A stretch of 64,000 bases of DNA from positions 911,745-975,744 of the forward strand of contig JBJBCN010000003.1 in assembly GCA_047285805.1 (NCBI GenBank). Reading direction: 5' to 3'. Positions 1-10,541 of this stretch are shown here, in pieces (within the stretch, counting starts at the first letter, position 1; each line of letters begins with the position of its first letter). The notes beneath the pieces are model-generated. The model saw only the letters and a list, made by a program, of their open reading frames with translations, ran no database searches and had not been told where the DNA came from. This stretch comes from Synechococcus sp. GTDB taxonomy: Bacteria > Cyanobacteriota > Cyanobacteriia > PCC-6307 > Cyanobiaceae. Both the position numbers and the translations under genes were made by a program.

Positions 1-1
1 C

Positions 2-596
<595 letters not shown>

Positions 597-597
<1 letters not shown>

Positions 598-1694
598 TGC
601 CCCAGGCCGCGACGCCACCGGAAGAGGCCCTTCCCCTGCTGGGGATGGGCCTCTCTGATTTGGAGCAGTGGGCCAAGCAGCATGGGCAGGCCGCCTTCCG
701 TGGCCGGCAGCTGCATGACTGGCTCTACGCCAAGGGGGCGCGCTCCGTCGACCAGGTGACAGTTCTGCCTAAGGCCTTCCGTGAGGCGTTGAGTGCGCAA
801 CCGCCGGCGGGCGCCTTCGATTGGATGGGGCGTTCGCGGGAGATTCACCGCAGTATCGCCAGCGATGGCACCACCAAGTTGCTGCTGGGCACTCACGACC
901 AGTTGAGCATCGAGACCGTCGGCATTCCCGCGGAGGGTCGCTTGACCGTCTGCGTCAGCAGTCAGGTGGGCTGTTCCATGGCCTGCCGCTTTTGCGCCAC
1001 CGGCAAAGGGGGGCTGCAGCGCTCCTTGGCCGTCCACGAAATCGTTGATCAAGTGCTGAGCGTGCGGGAGGTCATGGATCAACGCCCGAGCCACGTGGTG
1101 TTCATGGGCATGGGCGAACCCCTCCTCAATGTGGACTCGGTTCTCGACGCGATTGGTTGCCTGTGCACGGACCTGGGTATGGCTCAGCGGCAGATCACGG
1201 TCAGCACGGTGGGTGTTCCACGCACGTTGCCGCGGTTGGCGGAGTTGGCCCTGGAACGCCTTGGCCGCGCCCAGTTCACCCTGGCCGTGAGCCTCCATGC
1301 CCCGGATCAGCGGTTGCGCGAGGAGCTGATCCCAACGGCCCACGCCTATCCCATTGAGGCTTTGCTGGAGGACTGTCGCCGCTACGTCGAGATCACCGGC
1401 CGGCGGGTCAGTTTTGAGTACATCCTCCTGGGCGGTCTCAACGATCTACCCCGCCATGCGGCGGCCCTGGCCCAGTTGCTGCGCGGCTTCCAGAGCCATG
1501 TGAACTTGATTCCCTACAACCCGATTCAGGAAGAAGATTTCCAGCGCCCCACGCCCCAAGCCGTGGAGGCCTTCCGCAGGGCCCTGATGGACCGGCATGT
1601 GGCCGTCAGCGTGCGCGCCAGCCGCGGTTTGGATGCCGATGCCGCGTGCGGTCAGCTGCGACGTCGTCTCGAAGGAAGCCTCGAGCCCGCGTAG
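597..1694 (+). CDS. rlmN: 23S rRNA (A2503-C2)-methyltransferase RlmN, radical SAM
   Basis: [23 protein letters not shown] and AACGQL motifs; start taken at ATG 597. Confidence 0.95.
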
Positions 1695-1740
1695 CCGTTG
1701 CCGGACAACTGAGGGAGACTGCCCTGAGTGAAGGGCCGCC

Positions 1741-3483
1741 ATGAGCAGCATCGATTGGGCGATTGTCATCGGCTATCTGGTGGCGAGCCTGTTCGTTGGT
1801 CTCTGGCTGGCCCGTCGCAACACCAGTGAGGCGGATTACTTCGTCGCGGGCCGTCAACTCAAGGGTTGGTTGGCGGGGGCCTCGATGGCGGCCACGACCT
1901 TCTCGATCGATACGCCCCTGTATGTGGCCGGTCTGGTGGCCGTGCGCGGTCTCGCCGGCAACTGGGAATGGTGGAGCTTTGGCGTGGCCCATGTCGCCAT
2001 GGCCGTGGTCTTCGCTCCCCTATGGAGACGAAGTGGGGTTCTGACCGACGCAGCGCTGACGGAATTGCGCTATGGCGGCCCCACCGCAGCTTGGCTGCGG
2101 GGCATCAAGGCGTTTTTGTTCGCCCTGCCGATCAACTGCATTGGTCTCGGTTACGCCTTTTTGGCCATGGCCAAGGTGAGTGAGGCGCTGGGTCTGGCCT
2201 CTACACCCGAGGCCAAGGTGACCATCTTGGCCATCGTCGCCTTGTTGGTCTTGATCTACACCGCGGCAGGCGGACTCTGGGCCGTGGTCGTCACGGATAT
2301 GCTGCAGCTGGTCCTAGCCTTGCTCGGAGCCATAGCTGTCGCCGTGGCCGCGGTCCATGCGGCCGGTGGCATGGACGCCCTACTCGAGAGCATCCGCGGT
2401 CTAGCCCGTCCGGAGCTGCTGTCTCTGGTGCCCTGGCAGATCGAAGGGGGGCGGCTGCAGTGGTTGGATGGGGCTGGGATTTCGATCGCCACCTTCAGTT
2501 CCTACTTGGCTTTGCAGTGGTGGAGCTTCCGCCGCAGTGATGGTGGCGGTGAATTCATTCAGCGTTTGCTCGCCACCCGCGATGAGCGGGAGGCCCGCAC
2601 CGCCGGCTGGGTCTTTCTGGCTGTGAACTATGTGCTCCGCAGCTGGCCCTGGATCGTGGTGGCGCTCGCCGCGGTGGTCCTGCTGCCTGAGCAGACCGAC
2701 TGGGAGCAGAGCTACCCCCTGCTAGCGGTTCAGTTGTTGCCTCCGGTGGCCTTGGGCTTGGTTGTGGTCTCCCTGGTGGCGGCCTTCATGAGCACGGTTA
2801 GCACCTCGGTGAATTGGGGCGCCAGCTACCTCACCCATGACCTCTATCAGCGTTTTGTTCGCCCCCAGGCCAGTGAGAAGGAATTGCTCCTGGTCGGTCA
2901 GTTGGCCTCGGTGCTGCTCGTTGTTTTTGGGGTGCTTACCGCCCTGATCAGCAACAGCATCGGCACTGTCTTCCGGCTGGTGATCGCCATGGGCACCGGC
3001 CCCGGTGTGGTCCTGGTGCTGCGTTGGTTCTGGTGGCGCGTGAATGCCGCCGCTGAGCTGGCTGCCCTTCTCGGGGGCTTCTTGATCGGCTTCTCCACCT
3101 CCGTGGTGCCCGTCTTGCGCATCGAGGACTACGGGGTGCGCCTGCTTACTACCACGCTCCTCACGGCCGGGCTCTGGCTCGTCGCGATGCTGGCGACCCC
3201 GCCGGAATCGCCGGAGGTGCTGGATCGCTTTGTGCGGCAAGTCCGTCCCCCTGGCCCCGGTTGGACGCAGTGGCGCCGTCGCACGGGGGTCATGGCTGAT
3301 GAAACCCTGCCGGGGCTGATGCTCCTCCTGCTCGCCGGCTGTTCCCTGTTGTTTGGTTCCCTGCTGGGCATTGGCGGCTTCCTGCTGAAGCTGCAGCTCT
3401 GGGGGTGGAGCGGTCTGGTCTTGGCGGTGGTAGGGGTATTGCTCCTTCGCCGCGGCAGCGGTCGTCTTCCGGCGCAGGGATGA
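1741..3483 (+). CDS. Sodium:solute symporter family protein
   Basis: DYFVAGR, GGLWAVVVTD and AAFMST motifs; many TM segments. Confidence 0.9.
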   Translation: MSSIDWAIVIGYLVASLFVGLWLARRNTSEADYFVAGRQLKGWLAGASMAATTFSIDTPLYVAGLVAVRGLAGNWEWWSFGVAHVAMAVVFAPLWRRSGVLTDAALTELRYGGPTAAWLRGIKAFLFALPINCIGLGYAFLAMAKVSEALGLASTPEAKVTILAIVALLVLIYTAAGGLWAVVVTDMLQLVLALLGAIAVAVAAVHAAGGMDALLESIRGLARPELLSLVPWQIEGGRLQWLDGAGISIATFSSYLALQWWSFRRSDGGGEFIQRLLATRDEREARTAGWVFLAVNYVLRSWPWIVVALAAVVLLPEQTDWEQSYPLLAVQLLPPVALGLVVVSLVAAFMSTVSTSVNWGASYLTHDLYQRFVRPQASEKELLLVGQLASVLLVVFGVLTALISNSIGTVFRLVIAMGTGPGVVLVLRWFWWRVNAAAELAALLGGFLIGFSTSVVPVLRIEDYGVRLLTTTLLTAGLWLVAMLATPPESPEVLDRFVRQVRPPGPGWTQWRRRTGVMADETLPGLMLLLLAGCSLLFGSLLGIGGFLLKLQLWGWSGLVLAVVGVLLLRRGSGRLPAQG

Positions 3484-3507
3484 TGGCTGAACCGCTCAGC
3501 CCACGCC

Positions 3508-3633
3508 GTGCAATTTCTTCGCTCCACCCTTTTGCCAGCTGCGATTGTCCTGCTGTTTGGTTTGGCCCTCTTCGCCGTGAGTGCCCGCATCTGGCTCCCC
3601 GGCGATATGGCAGCCCCTGCGCCGGTTGGTTGA
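3508..3633 (+). CDS. Small single-TM protein, 41 aa; absent from ORF track
   Basis: GTG start, MQFLRSTLLPAAIVLLFGLALFAVSARIWLPGDMAAPAPVG; resembles a small conserved cyanobacterial protein (from memory); fills the intergenic gap. Confidence 0.75.
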   Translation: MQFLRSTLLPAAIVLLFGLALFAVSARIWLPGDMAAPAPVG

Positions 3634-3671
3634 GCGACTGAGCTGGGAACAGGGCCCACTACGATTGGCCC

Positions 3672-4472
3672 ATGGAAGCCTCCCCGCTCGAGTCTCCCAA
3701 GGGCTCGTCAGACCTGGATTTCGACTCCGAGTTGCTGGAGCGGGAACTCGCTGAAGAGGATCTTGGCGATCCTCTCGATGAGCTGGATTCCGGAGAGGCC
3801 TCACCAGCCGATGCTGCGGCCGAATGCGACTTGGGGTTGCGTTTCCTCGAGGGTAGTCACGATGAGCAGATGCAGGGGCTACGAATCTTCTGCGAGCACC
3901 GAGACCCTCGAGCCCCCGAGAAGCTTTTGCCGCTGCTCGATGCCAGTTGTCCGATTCTTCGGATGAGCGTCGTTTACGCCCTCGGGCGAAACCCTGCCAT
4001 CCAAGCACTGACGCCTCTGCTGCAGCTGCTTCAAAACGACAGCAACGGCTACGTGCGCAAGGCCGTGGCCTGGAGCCTGAGCAGCTATCCAGACGCTCCG
4101 ATCATGAATCCGCTGATCAAAGCGCTGGAGACCGATATCTCTGCCGTTCGGCTTTGGGCGGCCAGCTCCTTGGCCGATGCGGGCTCCACCGGCTTGGCGA
4201 AGGCTGACCAGGCTGCCGGCCAGCTCCTGTTGGCTCTCAAAATCGATAGTGAGCCGGTGGTTCGTAGCAACAGCGCCTGGTCCTTGGGGCGCCTGTATGC
4301 CGACTTGGTGGAGCCCCGCCAGAAAGAGGTGGTGGAGGCGCTCTTGAACGCCATGCTCAATGACGCTGACTTGGCCGTCCGTGACGAGGCCCGAATGGCC
4401 CTCGAACAACTGGAGAACCCCCTGGTCCTTGAGCGCCTACAAACCCTGGTGGATGAGGGACTGCTGGCATAA
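3672..4472 (+). CDS. HEAT-repeat (PBS lyase-like) protein
   Basis: Repeated VR-x-x-A-x-W/Y-x-LG-type helical units; acidic N-terminus. Confidence 0.85.
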   Translation: MEASPLESPKGSSDLDFDSELLERELAEEDLGDPLDELDSGEASPADAAAECDLGLRFLEGSHDEQMQGLRIFCEHRDPRAPEKLLPLLDASCPILRMSVVYALGRNPAIQALTPLLQLLQNDSNGYVRKAVAWSLSSYPDAPIMNPLIKALETDISAVRLWAASSLADAGSTGLAKADQAAGQLLLALKIDSEPVVRSNSAWSLGRLYADLVEPRQKEVVEALLNAMLNDADLAVRDEARMALEQLENPLVLERLQTLVDEGLLA

Positions 4473-4537
4473 GCGGTTGGCCCAGTCACCAGGAGGCTCC
4501 CGCGGCTAGCATCACTCAACCCCGCCCGTGACCCGGG

Positions 4538-4750
4538 ATGGCTCAACAGACGATTCGCTTTCGCATTCGGCCCGATGGCCGCGTTGAGGAGGTCGTTGAG
4601 GGCATTGCTGGTCACGGCTGCGAGCAGCTCACCGAGCGGATTGAGGAGAAGTTGGGCGTTGTTCAACAGCGCCAGCCCACCTCCGAATCCTTCCAGGGCC
4701 AAACCACTGCCGTCCAGCCCGAGCAGACTCTTTCGTCCCAGGTCTCCTGA
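4538..4750 (+). CDS. DUF2997 family protein
   Basis: IRFRIRPDGRVEEVVEG..G..C..LT..IE..LG pattern. Confidence 0.85.
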   Translation: MAQQTIRFRIRPDGRVEEVVEGIAGHGCEQLTERIEEKLGVVQQRQPTSESFQGQTTAVQPEQTLSSQVS

Positions 4751-5142
4751 TGTCGCACTTCAGCACCGTCAAAACAGAACTGCGCGATCGCTCCGCTCTG
4801 ATTGATGCCCTGAAAGATCTGGGCCACATCCCCACGGAGGGTGAGTGCCAGGTGCGTGGCTACCGCGGCCAGACCGTGACCGCTGAACTCTCCGTTCCGA
4901 CCGAGGGTGCCGGCGACCTCGGCTTCCGCTGGAACGCGGCCTCCGGGAGCTACGAGCTTGTGACCGACCTCGATCTCTGGAGTCAGCCGATTCCCGTTGA
5001 GCGGTTCCTATCGAAACTCACACAGCGCTACGCCCTGCGCAGCATCCTGGCCGCCTCTACTCAAGAGGGCTTCCAAGTGGCGGAAGAGCGCCAGGAGCAA
5101 GACGGCACGATTGAGCTCGTCGTTACCCGCTGGAAAGGCTGA
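4750..5142 (+). CDS. DUF1257 / Ycf35 family protein
   Basis: MSHFSTVKT start, VRGYRGQT, TQRYA, IELVVTRW. Confidence 0.88.
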   Translation: MSHFSTVKTELRDRSALIDALKDLGHIPTEGECQVRGYRGQTVTAELSVPTEGAGDLGFRWNAASGSYELVTDLDLWSQPIPVERFLSKLTQRYALRSILAASTQEGFQVAEERQEQDGTIELVVTRWKG

Positions 5143-5155
5143 ACGCCACGCCAGC

Positions 5156-5551
5156 GTGGGGATCGATCCCTCTATTGCCTTTTCGGCCGCGGCGGCCCCG
5201 GCCCTTGAGCGCAGCGGCCATGAGCCGGTGCTCGGTGGAGCCCTGCGTCAACAAGCGGTCTGGGTAGACGAGGCCGTCTGTATTGGCTGCCGCTACTGCG
5301 CTCATGTGGCCGGCAACACTTTTGTGGTGGAAGCCGAGTGGGGCCGTTCCCGGGCCATCCGCCAGGATGGCGACAGCACGGAGACGATCCAAGAGGCAAT
5401 CGATACCTGTCCGGTCGATTGCATCCATTGGGTGAGTTATGAGGAGCTGCCCGAATTGCAGGAGCAGACCATGCAGCAGGAACTGCAGCCACTGGGCTTG
5501 CCGACACCTGTCCGTAGCCGGCGCACTTTCCCCAGGCGAGAGCCCCACTGA
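5156..5551 (+). CDS. 4Fe-4S ferredoxin-like protein
   Basis: CIGCRYC...AIDTCPVDCIHW; GTG start at 5156 inferred. Confidence 0.85.
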   Translation: MGIDPSIAFSAAAAPALERSGHEPVLGGALRQQAVWVDEAVCIGCRYCAHVAGNTFVVEAEWGRSRAIRQDGDSTETIQEAIDTCPVDCIHWVSYEELPELQEQTMQQELQPLGLPTPVRSRRTFPRREPH

Positions 5552-6750
5552 TGCTTTCGACCCGGCGGTTTGGCCGCAGCGAACTGGCGATGCCGGTGTT
5601 GTCCCTTGGCGGGATGCGCTTTCAGCAGAGCTGGTCTGACCTGGCCCCGGATCAGATCACGGCCCAGAGCCAGGCCAACCTGCGGGCCACCCTCGCAGCG
5701 GCCGTGGACCATGGGTTTCACCACGTCGAGACGGCCCGCCACTACGGCAGCTCAGAACGCCAGCTCGGCTGGTTGTTGCCCCAGGTCCCGGATCCCGAAC
5801 GGATCCTGCAGACCAAGGTCCCGCCCCAGGACGATCCTGCGGCCTTTGAAGCGGAGCTCGCGCTGAGCTTTGAGCGCTTGTCCGTGGATCGGGTGGATTG
5901 TTTGGCGATCCATGGCATCAACCTTCCCGAGCACCTGCAGGCCACCCTCAAACCCGGGGGTTGCATGGAGGTGGCGCGGCGCTGGCAGCAGAACGGGCGC
6001 GTGGGCTGCATCGGCTTCTCCACCCACGGCCCCCTGGCCTTGATCGAAGAGGCCATCGCCAGCGATGCCTTTGATTACGTCAATCTCCATTGGTATTTCA
6101 TTCGCCAGGACAACGGTCCGGCCATTGCGGCGGCCCAAGCCCATGACATGGGGGTCTTTGTGATTAGTCCCACCGACAAGGGCGGGCACCTGCATAGCCC
6201 TTCCGAGCGTCTGCTGGAGCTCTGCGCACCGCTGCACCCGATTGTCTTCAACGACCTGTTCTGCCTGAGTCATCCCGGGGTTCATACCATCAGCGTTGGT
6301 GCCGCCCGTCCGGAGGATTTGGCCTTGCATCTGGAGGCAGTGGCCCTGCTCCCTGAGGCGCCGGCTCTATTGCCTCCGATTGTGAGCCGTTTGGAGGATG
6401 CACGTCGCACCGCCCTCGGCGAGGCCTGGTTGAGCGGCTGGCAGCAGGGGTTACCTCGCTGGCAGGACACGCCGGGTCAGATCAATCTCTCCACCCTGCT
6501 TTGGTTGTACAACCTGCTGGAGGCCTGGGATCTTCAGAGCTATGTCAAGGCCCGTTACGGCCTATTGGGCGCCGCCAGCCACTGGTTCCCTGGGGCCAAT
6601 GCCGATGCGTTGGATCAGCGCGTCAGCGAGGCGGAACTGAGGGCGGTGCTCCAGTCCAGTCCTTGGGGTGAGCAGATCCCCGGCATCCTGCGCGGCTTGC
6701 GGGAGCGGGTGGGCGGTACCCCCAGCAAGCGCCTGATGCAGGACGACTAG
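5551..6750 (+). CDS. Aldo/keto reductase family protein
   Basis: RRFGR...[24 protein letters not shown]. Confidence 0.88.
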   Translation: MLSTRRFGRSELAMPVLSLGGMRFQQSWSDLAPDQITAQSQANLRATLAAAVDHGFHHVETARHYGSSERQLGWLLPQVPDPERILQTKVPPQDDPAAFEAELALSFERLSVDRVDCLAIHGINLPEHLQATLKPGGCMEVARRWQQNGRVGCIGFSTHGPLALIEEAIASDAFDYVNLHWYFIRQDNGPAIAAAQAHDMGVFVISPTDKGGHLHSPSERLLELCAPLHPIVFNDLFCLSHPGVHTISVGAARPEDLALHLEAVALLPEAPALLPPIVSRLEDARRTALGEAWLSGWQQGLPRWQDTPGQINLSTLLWLYNLLEAWDLQSYVKARYGLLGAASHWFPGANADALDQRVSEAELRAVLQSSPWGEQIPGILRGLRERVGGTPSKRLMQDD

Positions 6751-7475
6751 GCCCCCAGGGGGAATTTGCTCGGGACCCCCACCGCTCGGGGGTAGGTCTT
6801 GGGGCAGGCCTCGTTGGGGCTCAGCACGATCGCCGTGCGCTGGCCGCGCTCCGCGGGGAGCTCCTGCTGGCGGCAGGAGAGCACACGGGCCTTGAGTTGA
6901 GCGGTCGCCTTCTCGAGTTGGCGCTGGTCCTCAGGGCTCCACAGCCCGCGATACAGCAACGCTTGTCCGCCGGAGGCCACAAGGGGAACGAGGTATTCCG
7001 CTACCACCGGGGCGGCGGCCACGGCGCGGGCCATGGCCAGGTCGAATTGGCCGCGGCAGCGTTTTTGGCGCCCGGTCAGCTCAATGCGCTCGCAGCGCAG
7101 TTCCACCCGCCCCCCCAAGCCGAGGCTCTGGGCCATCGCTTCGACGGCCTGGGTTTTGCGCCCGACGGAATCCACCAGGGTGATCTGCGCCTGGGGGAAG
7201 GCAATCGCTACGGCCAGGCCAGGGAAGCCTCCGCCCGTTCCCACATCAATGCAGCGCAGTGGGGCCTCGGGGTTCTGCTGCAATTGGGGCACCAGGGGCC
7301 AGAGGCTGTCAAAGATCTGGGCGACCCAGAAGTCATCGCCCTCCACCAAGCGCGTCAGGTTGACGCGACTATTCCAGTCGCGCAGGACGTCCTGGAGTTG
7401 GACAAAGCGCTGTAGTTGCTCGTCGCTGGGTCTCCAGTGCAAGGCCTCCCATAGTGCGTCTGCTGGAGCTGGCAT
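6747..7475 (-). CDS. rsmG: 16S rRNA (G527-N7)-methyltransferase
   Basis: [30 protein letters not shown]; start at ATG 7475 inferred. Confidence 0.93.
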   Translation of the reverse strand: MPAPADALWEALHWRPSDEQLQRFVQLQDVLRDWNSRVNLTRLVEGDDFWVAQIFDSLWPLVPQLQQNPEAPLRCIDVGTGGGFPGLAVAIAFPQAQITLVDSVGRKTQAVEAMAQSLGLGGRVELRCERIELTGRQKRCRGQFDLAMARAVAAAPVVAEYLVPLVASGGQALLYRGLWSPEDQRQLEKATAQLKARVLSCRQQELPAERGQRTAIVLSPNEACPKTYPRAVGVPSKFPLGA

Positions 7476-7530
7476 CCCCTGGGCTGATCTCGTCACACTC
7501 TCTAGGATCCTCCTCAACCGGTGTCCTGCG

Positions 7531-8058
7531 TTGGCGGCTGCCAATCATTACGAGCTGCTGGAGGTGCCCAGCGAGGCGTCCACCCAGGAGTTGCGGCAGG
7601 CCTTTCGCAGCCTGAGCAAGCGCTACCACCCGGACACCACGGCCTTGCCCGAGGACGAGGCCCGGGAGGCCTTTCGTCGTATCCAGCAGGCCTACCTCAC
7701 CCTGATTGATCCCGAGCGCCGTCGCAGTTACGACGCCACCTTGCGGGCCACCTCGAGAGTGGCGGTGCCCCCGCCGTGCCTGCAGACTGCGCCGAAGCCC
7801 GTTCCCGTTCGTCGGGCCCTCTCCGGTGGTGAGTGGTTCGCTTTGTTACTCCTTGCCATGGCGGTGGCCTTCAGCTTGGTGCTGGGTGTTGGCTTGGCCT
7901 GGTCCCGCGGAGCCGAGTTCCTCAAGCCCCCCAGCTGGGTCGCCGCTGGTGGGCAAACTGAAGGATCAAGTCCCCTGCCTGTGGATGGTGGATCTGCCGT
8001 CGCATCAGACCCCGCTGTACAACCATCCGCTTCCGGTGCTGGAGCGTTGGCTGGCTGA
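7531..8058 (+). CDS. J-domain (DnaJ-like) membrane protein
   Basis: NHYELL...YHPD J-domain plus a C-terminal TM; TTG start inferred. Confidence 0.88.
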   Translation: MAAANHYELLEVPSEASTQELRQAFRSLSKRYHPDTTALPEDEAREAFRRIQQAYLTLIDPERRRSYDATLRATSRVAVPPPCLQTAPKPVPVRRALSGGEWFALLLLAMAVAFSLVLGVGLAWSRGAEFLKPPSWVAAGGQTEGSSPLPVDGGSAVASDPAVQPSASGAGALAG

Positions 8059-8251
8059 TCTCGGCGGACTGCAGCGAGGTCACCACTCCTGTGAATGGGA
8101 TCTGACCACCGTCTCCTGGAGTGCCGAGCTGGTTTTGGGTTCGGAGGAACTCACCGTGCGTTGGGGGCAGGGTGAGGCCGCCGTGGAGCGCCACTTCCCC
8201 TATGGCCTGACCCGCGCGGATGTTGAGGCGGCGATCTTGGCGGGCCCCTAA
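7985..8251 (+). CDS. DUF3143 family protein
   Basis: TPLYNHPLP...FPYGLTRADVEAAILAGP. Confidence 0.85.
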   Translation: MVDLPSHQTPLYNHPLPVLERWLADLGGLQRGHHSCEWDLTTVSWSAELVLGSEELTVRWGQGEAAVERHFPYGLTRADVEAAILAGP

Positions 8252-8412
8252 AGCTGGCGCTTGCAGACCTCGCTCTGCTCCTCGCTGAGGGTGGAGAAGG
8301 GGCCGCAGTTCACCCAACGCACCAACGACAGCTCGATGTCGGTGAAGAGCACCAGGATCCCTGCGCAGAGGGCGGCAACGGCCGTGATGACTGCAAGCGA
8401 AGAGGGTTTCAT
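8248..8412 (-). CDS. Small membrane protein, 54 aa; absent from ORF track
   Basis: MKPSSLAVITAVAALCAGILVLFTDIELSLVRWVNCGPFSTLSEEQSEVCKRQL; ATGA overlap with the bioD stop. Confidence 0.7.
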   Translation of the reverse strand: MKPSSLAVITAVAALCAGILVLFTDIELSLVRWVNCGPFSTLSEEQSEVCKRQL

Positions 8413-9086
8413 GGGCGGCGCCTGACCCCCTTGAGCTTATGGACGAGATCCAGGGCCTGCCACTGCGCTTGCAGTGTCGTGGCATCGAGCCTGGGCAGGG
8501 GCGGGAGGCAGCCCAGTACGGAGATTCCCGAGACGGCCTCAAGAGTGGCAGCATTGTTGGGATGGGGCTCCCCGTTCAACAGGATCCCCAGCAGCGGCAG
8601 GTTCCGGCGGTGGAGGGCCTCAATCGAGAGCAGAGTGTGGTTCAAGGTGCCCAGGCCCGAGCGTGCCACAAGGAGCACGGGTAGGTTCCAGCGTTGTAAC
8701 TGCTCGATTTGCAGCCAATCCAGCCGCAGGGGCACCAGGAGTCCACCGGCGGTCTCGATTACCAATGGCCCCTCCACGGAGGGGAGGGAGAGCTGTTCGC
8801 TTGCAATCGGAGGGCAGTTCCCGGGTTCCAGCGCGGCGGCCCAGTGGGGGGAGACCGGAGCCTGGAAGCGGTAAGCCTCGGGCAGAACTCGGTCTTCGGG
8901 GAGCTCCAGCCAGCGTTGTACCCGTTCCCGATCCCCTTCGCCGTTCTCCAGGCCGCACTGCACCGGCTTCCAGTAGGTCGCGTTCAGGCCCTGCACAACA
9001 AGGGCGCTGACCACGGTCTTGCCGACATCGGTGTCGGTACCGCAGATCGCCAACCGCTGCTGCGCGCCGAGGGGTGCCTGGGTCAT
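8409..9086 (-). CDS. bioD: Dethiobiotin synthase
   Basis: GTDTDVGKT, WKPVQCG, ETAGG, LGTLNHTLL. Confidence 0.96.
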   Translation of the reverse strand: MTQAPLGAQQRLAICGTDTDVGKTVVSALVVQGLNATYWKPVQCGLENGEGDRERVQRWLELPEDRVLPEAYRFQAPVSPHWAAALEPGNCPPIASEQLSLPSVEGPLVIETAGGLLVPLRLDWLQIEQLQRWNLPVLLVARSGLGTLNHTLLSIEALHRRNLPLLGILLNGEPHPNNAATLEAVSGISVLGCLPPLPRLDATTLQAQWQALDLVHKLKGVRRRP

Positions 9087-9859
9087 CGCTTCTGTCCCAA
9101 CAGCAGCAGTACTTCCCAAACGATGGCCTGCTCGGGACCCGGCCAGGCGCGCAGCAGGCGCCGGAGTTGGCCTGGATTGAGTTTGGGGCTGCGGGTGGCC
9201 TGGGCGCCAATCGCTTTGATCCGCTGCAGGAAACAGAGTCCGCCGCGGTTTGGGCGGCTGAAGCGCAACACCTGGGCTTCCTTGAGTTCCAGTCGTTCCT
9301 GGGCACAGGCGATCAAGCCTGTTGCGCCCGGCAGCTCCAGGGCCGTGCAGGGCACCCCCGCCCGCTCAGCCGCCTGGTGCCAAAGGGGAAAGCTGCCTGA
9401 GGTGGGCAGCCCCAGGATGAGCCAGCCCCCGGCTTGCAGTTGGTCGCACCACAGCCCGAGCTGGCGCTCCGGCTGGTCGAGCCATTGCAGAGCAAAGCTC
9501 GAGGCCAGGCCTGCTGGCTGCTCCAGACCTGGGGGTAGTCCTTGGTTCAAGTCCCACTGGATCTGGGGGGCGTGGTCGCCCGCTCCCTGCTCGAGCAGGG
9601 CGGAGCAGGCGTCCACCTGCAGCCAGGGTCCCTGGTCGAGGCAGGCGGAGAGGGAGCGGCTCAACAGTCCCGTTCCGGCGCCTAAATCCGCCAGGGGCCC
9701 CGGGGGAAAGCGCAGCCGATAGCGGGCGCTAAGGTTGGCTAGGCGTTGGGCGACCGCGGCCTGGAGCAAGGCCCTGCTTGGGTAGCGCCTCGCCCCTTCG
9801 CTAAAGCAGCTGCGGACCGCCGCGCTAAAGCCCGTTGCCGGTGAATTAGGCCTGGGCAT
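9083..9859 (-). CDS. bioC: Malonyl-ACP O-methyltransferase BioC-like
   Basis: DLGAGTG SAM motif, SSFALQW, position in the bio cluster. Confidence 0.85.
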   Translation of the reverse strand: MPRPNSPATGFSAAVRSCFSEGARRYPSRALLQAAVAQRLANLSARYRLRFPPGPLADLGAGTGLLSRSLSACLDQGPWLQVDACSALLEQGAGDHAPQIQWDLNQGLPPGLEQPAGLASSFALQWLDQPERQLGLWCDQLQAGGWLILGLPTSGSFPLWHQAAERAGVPCTALELPGATGLIACAQERLELKEAQVLRFSRPNRGGLCFLQRIKAIGAQATRSPKLNPGQLRRLLRAWPGPEQAIVWEVLLLLGQKR

Positions 9860-10541
9860 CGTCAATCCAGTCGAGAACGGCGTCCGGTAGGCCGGGATCG
9901 ATCAGGGAATGCCCGAGGGCGCTGCGGCTCCAGACCTCGGCCTCGGGGAGGGCTTGCTTGAGCTCCTCCCGACTGCAGGCGCTGACAATCTGGTCTTGGC
10001 TGGCCTCCACGATCAGGACTGGAATGCCGCTGGGGAAGCCGGCCGGTAGGCCGCCGGTGGAGCCCAGCTGCTCGAGGTCCTCCATTAGTCGGCTGCGGCC
10101 CTCAGGGCTAATGCCCTGCTCCAGGGGGCCCTCCGGCAGCAGCGCTCGGGACTGGGGGCTGACCGCCTGCTGCAGGAAATCACGCAGTTGTTCTTGCTCT
10201 TCTCCGGCCCGGATGCGCCCGCCCATGGCCCGAAGGGCGGCGTTGACGGCTCGTCCCTCCCGTCCTTCGGGGATAAAGCGCGTAAAGCTCGCCAACAGGA
10301 CGGCGGCGGTGGCCTCACGCCAGAGGGCCTCGCCGAGGAGATGGGGGCCAAAGGAATGGCCAATGACCACCCGCCTCTCGCTGCCGGGCGCCCAGCTGGG
10401 CTGCTGGGGGGCTTCCTGGCCGTAGCCCCTTTCGCCGCAGCAGAAGGACCAGCCCCTGGCAGCCGCCGCCCTGACCCAGGGTCCCCAGCTGCGGTGATCC
10501 CCAGCCCAGCCATGCATGCCGATGAGTTGGATTCTGCTCAT
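9846..10541 (-). CDS. Alpha/beta hydrolase, probable pimeloyl-ACP methyl ester esterase (BioK/BioH role)
   Basis: HGWAG and GHSFG nucleophile elbow; lies between bioF and bioC. Confidence 0.78.
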   Translation of the reverse strand: MSRIQLIGMHGWAGDHRSWGPWVRAAAARGWSFCCGERGYGQEAPQQPSWAPGSERRVVIGHSFGPHLLGEALWREATAAVLLASFTRFIPEGREGRAVNAALRAMGGRIRAGEEQEQLRDFLQQAVSPQSRALLPEGPLEQGISPEGRSRLMEDLEQLGSTGGLPAGFPSGIPVLIVEASQDQIVSACSREELKQALPEAEVWSRSALGHSLIDPGLPDAVLDWIDDAQA

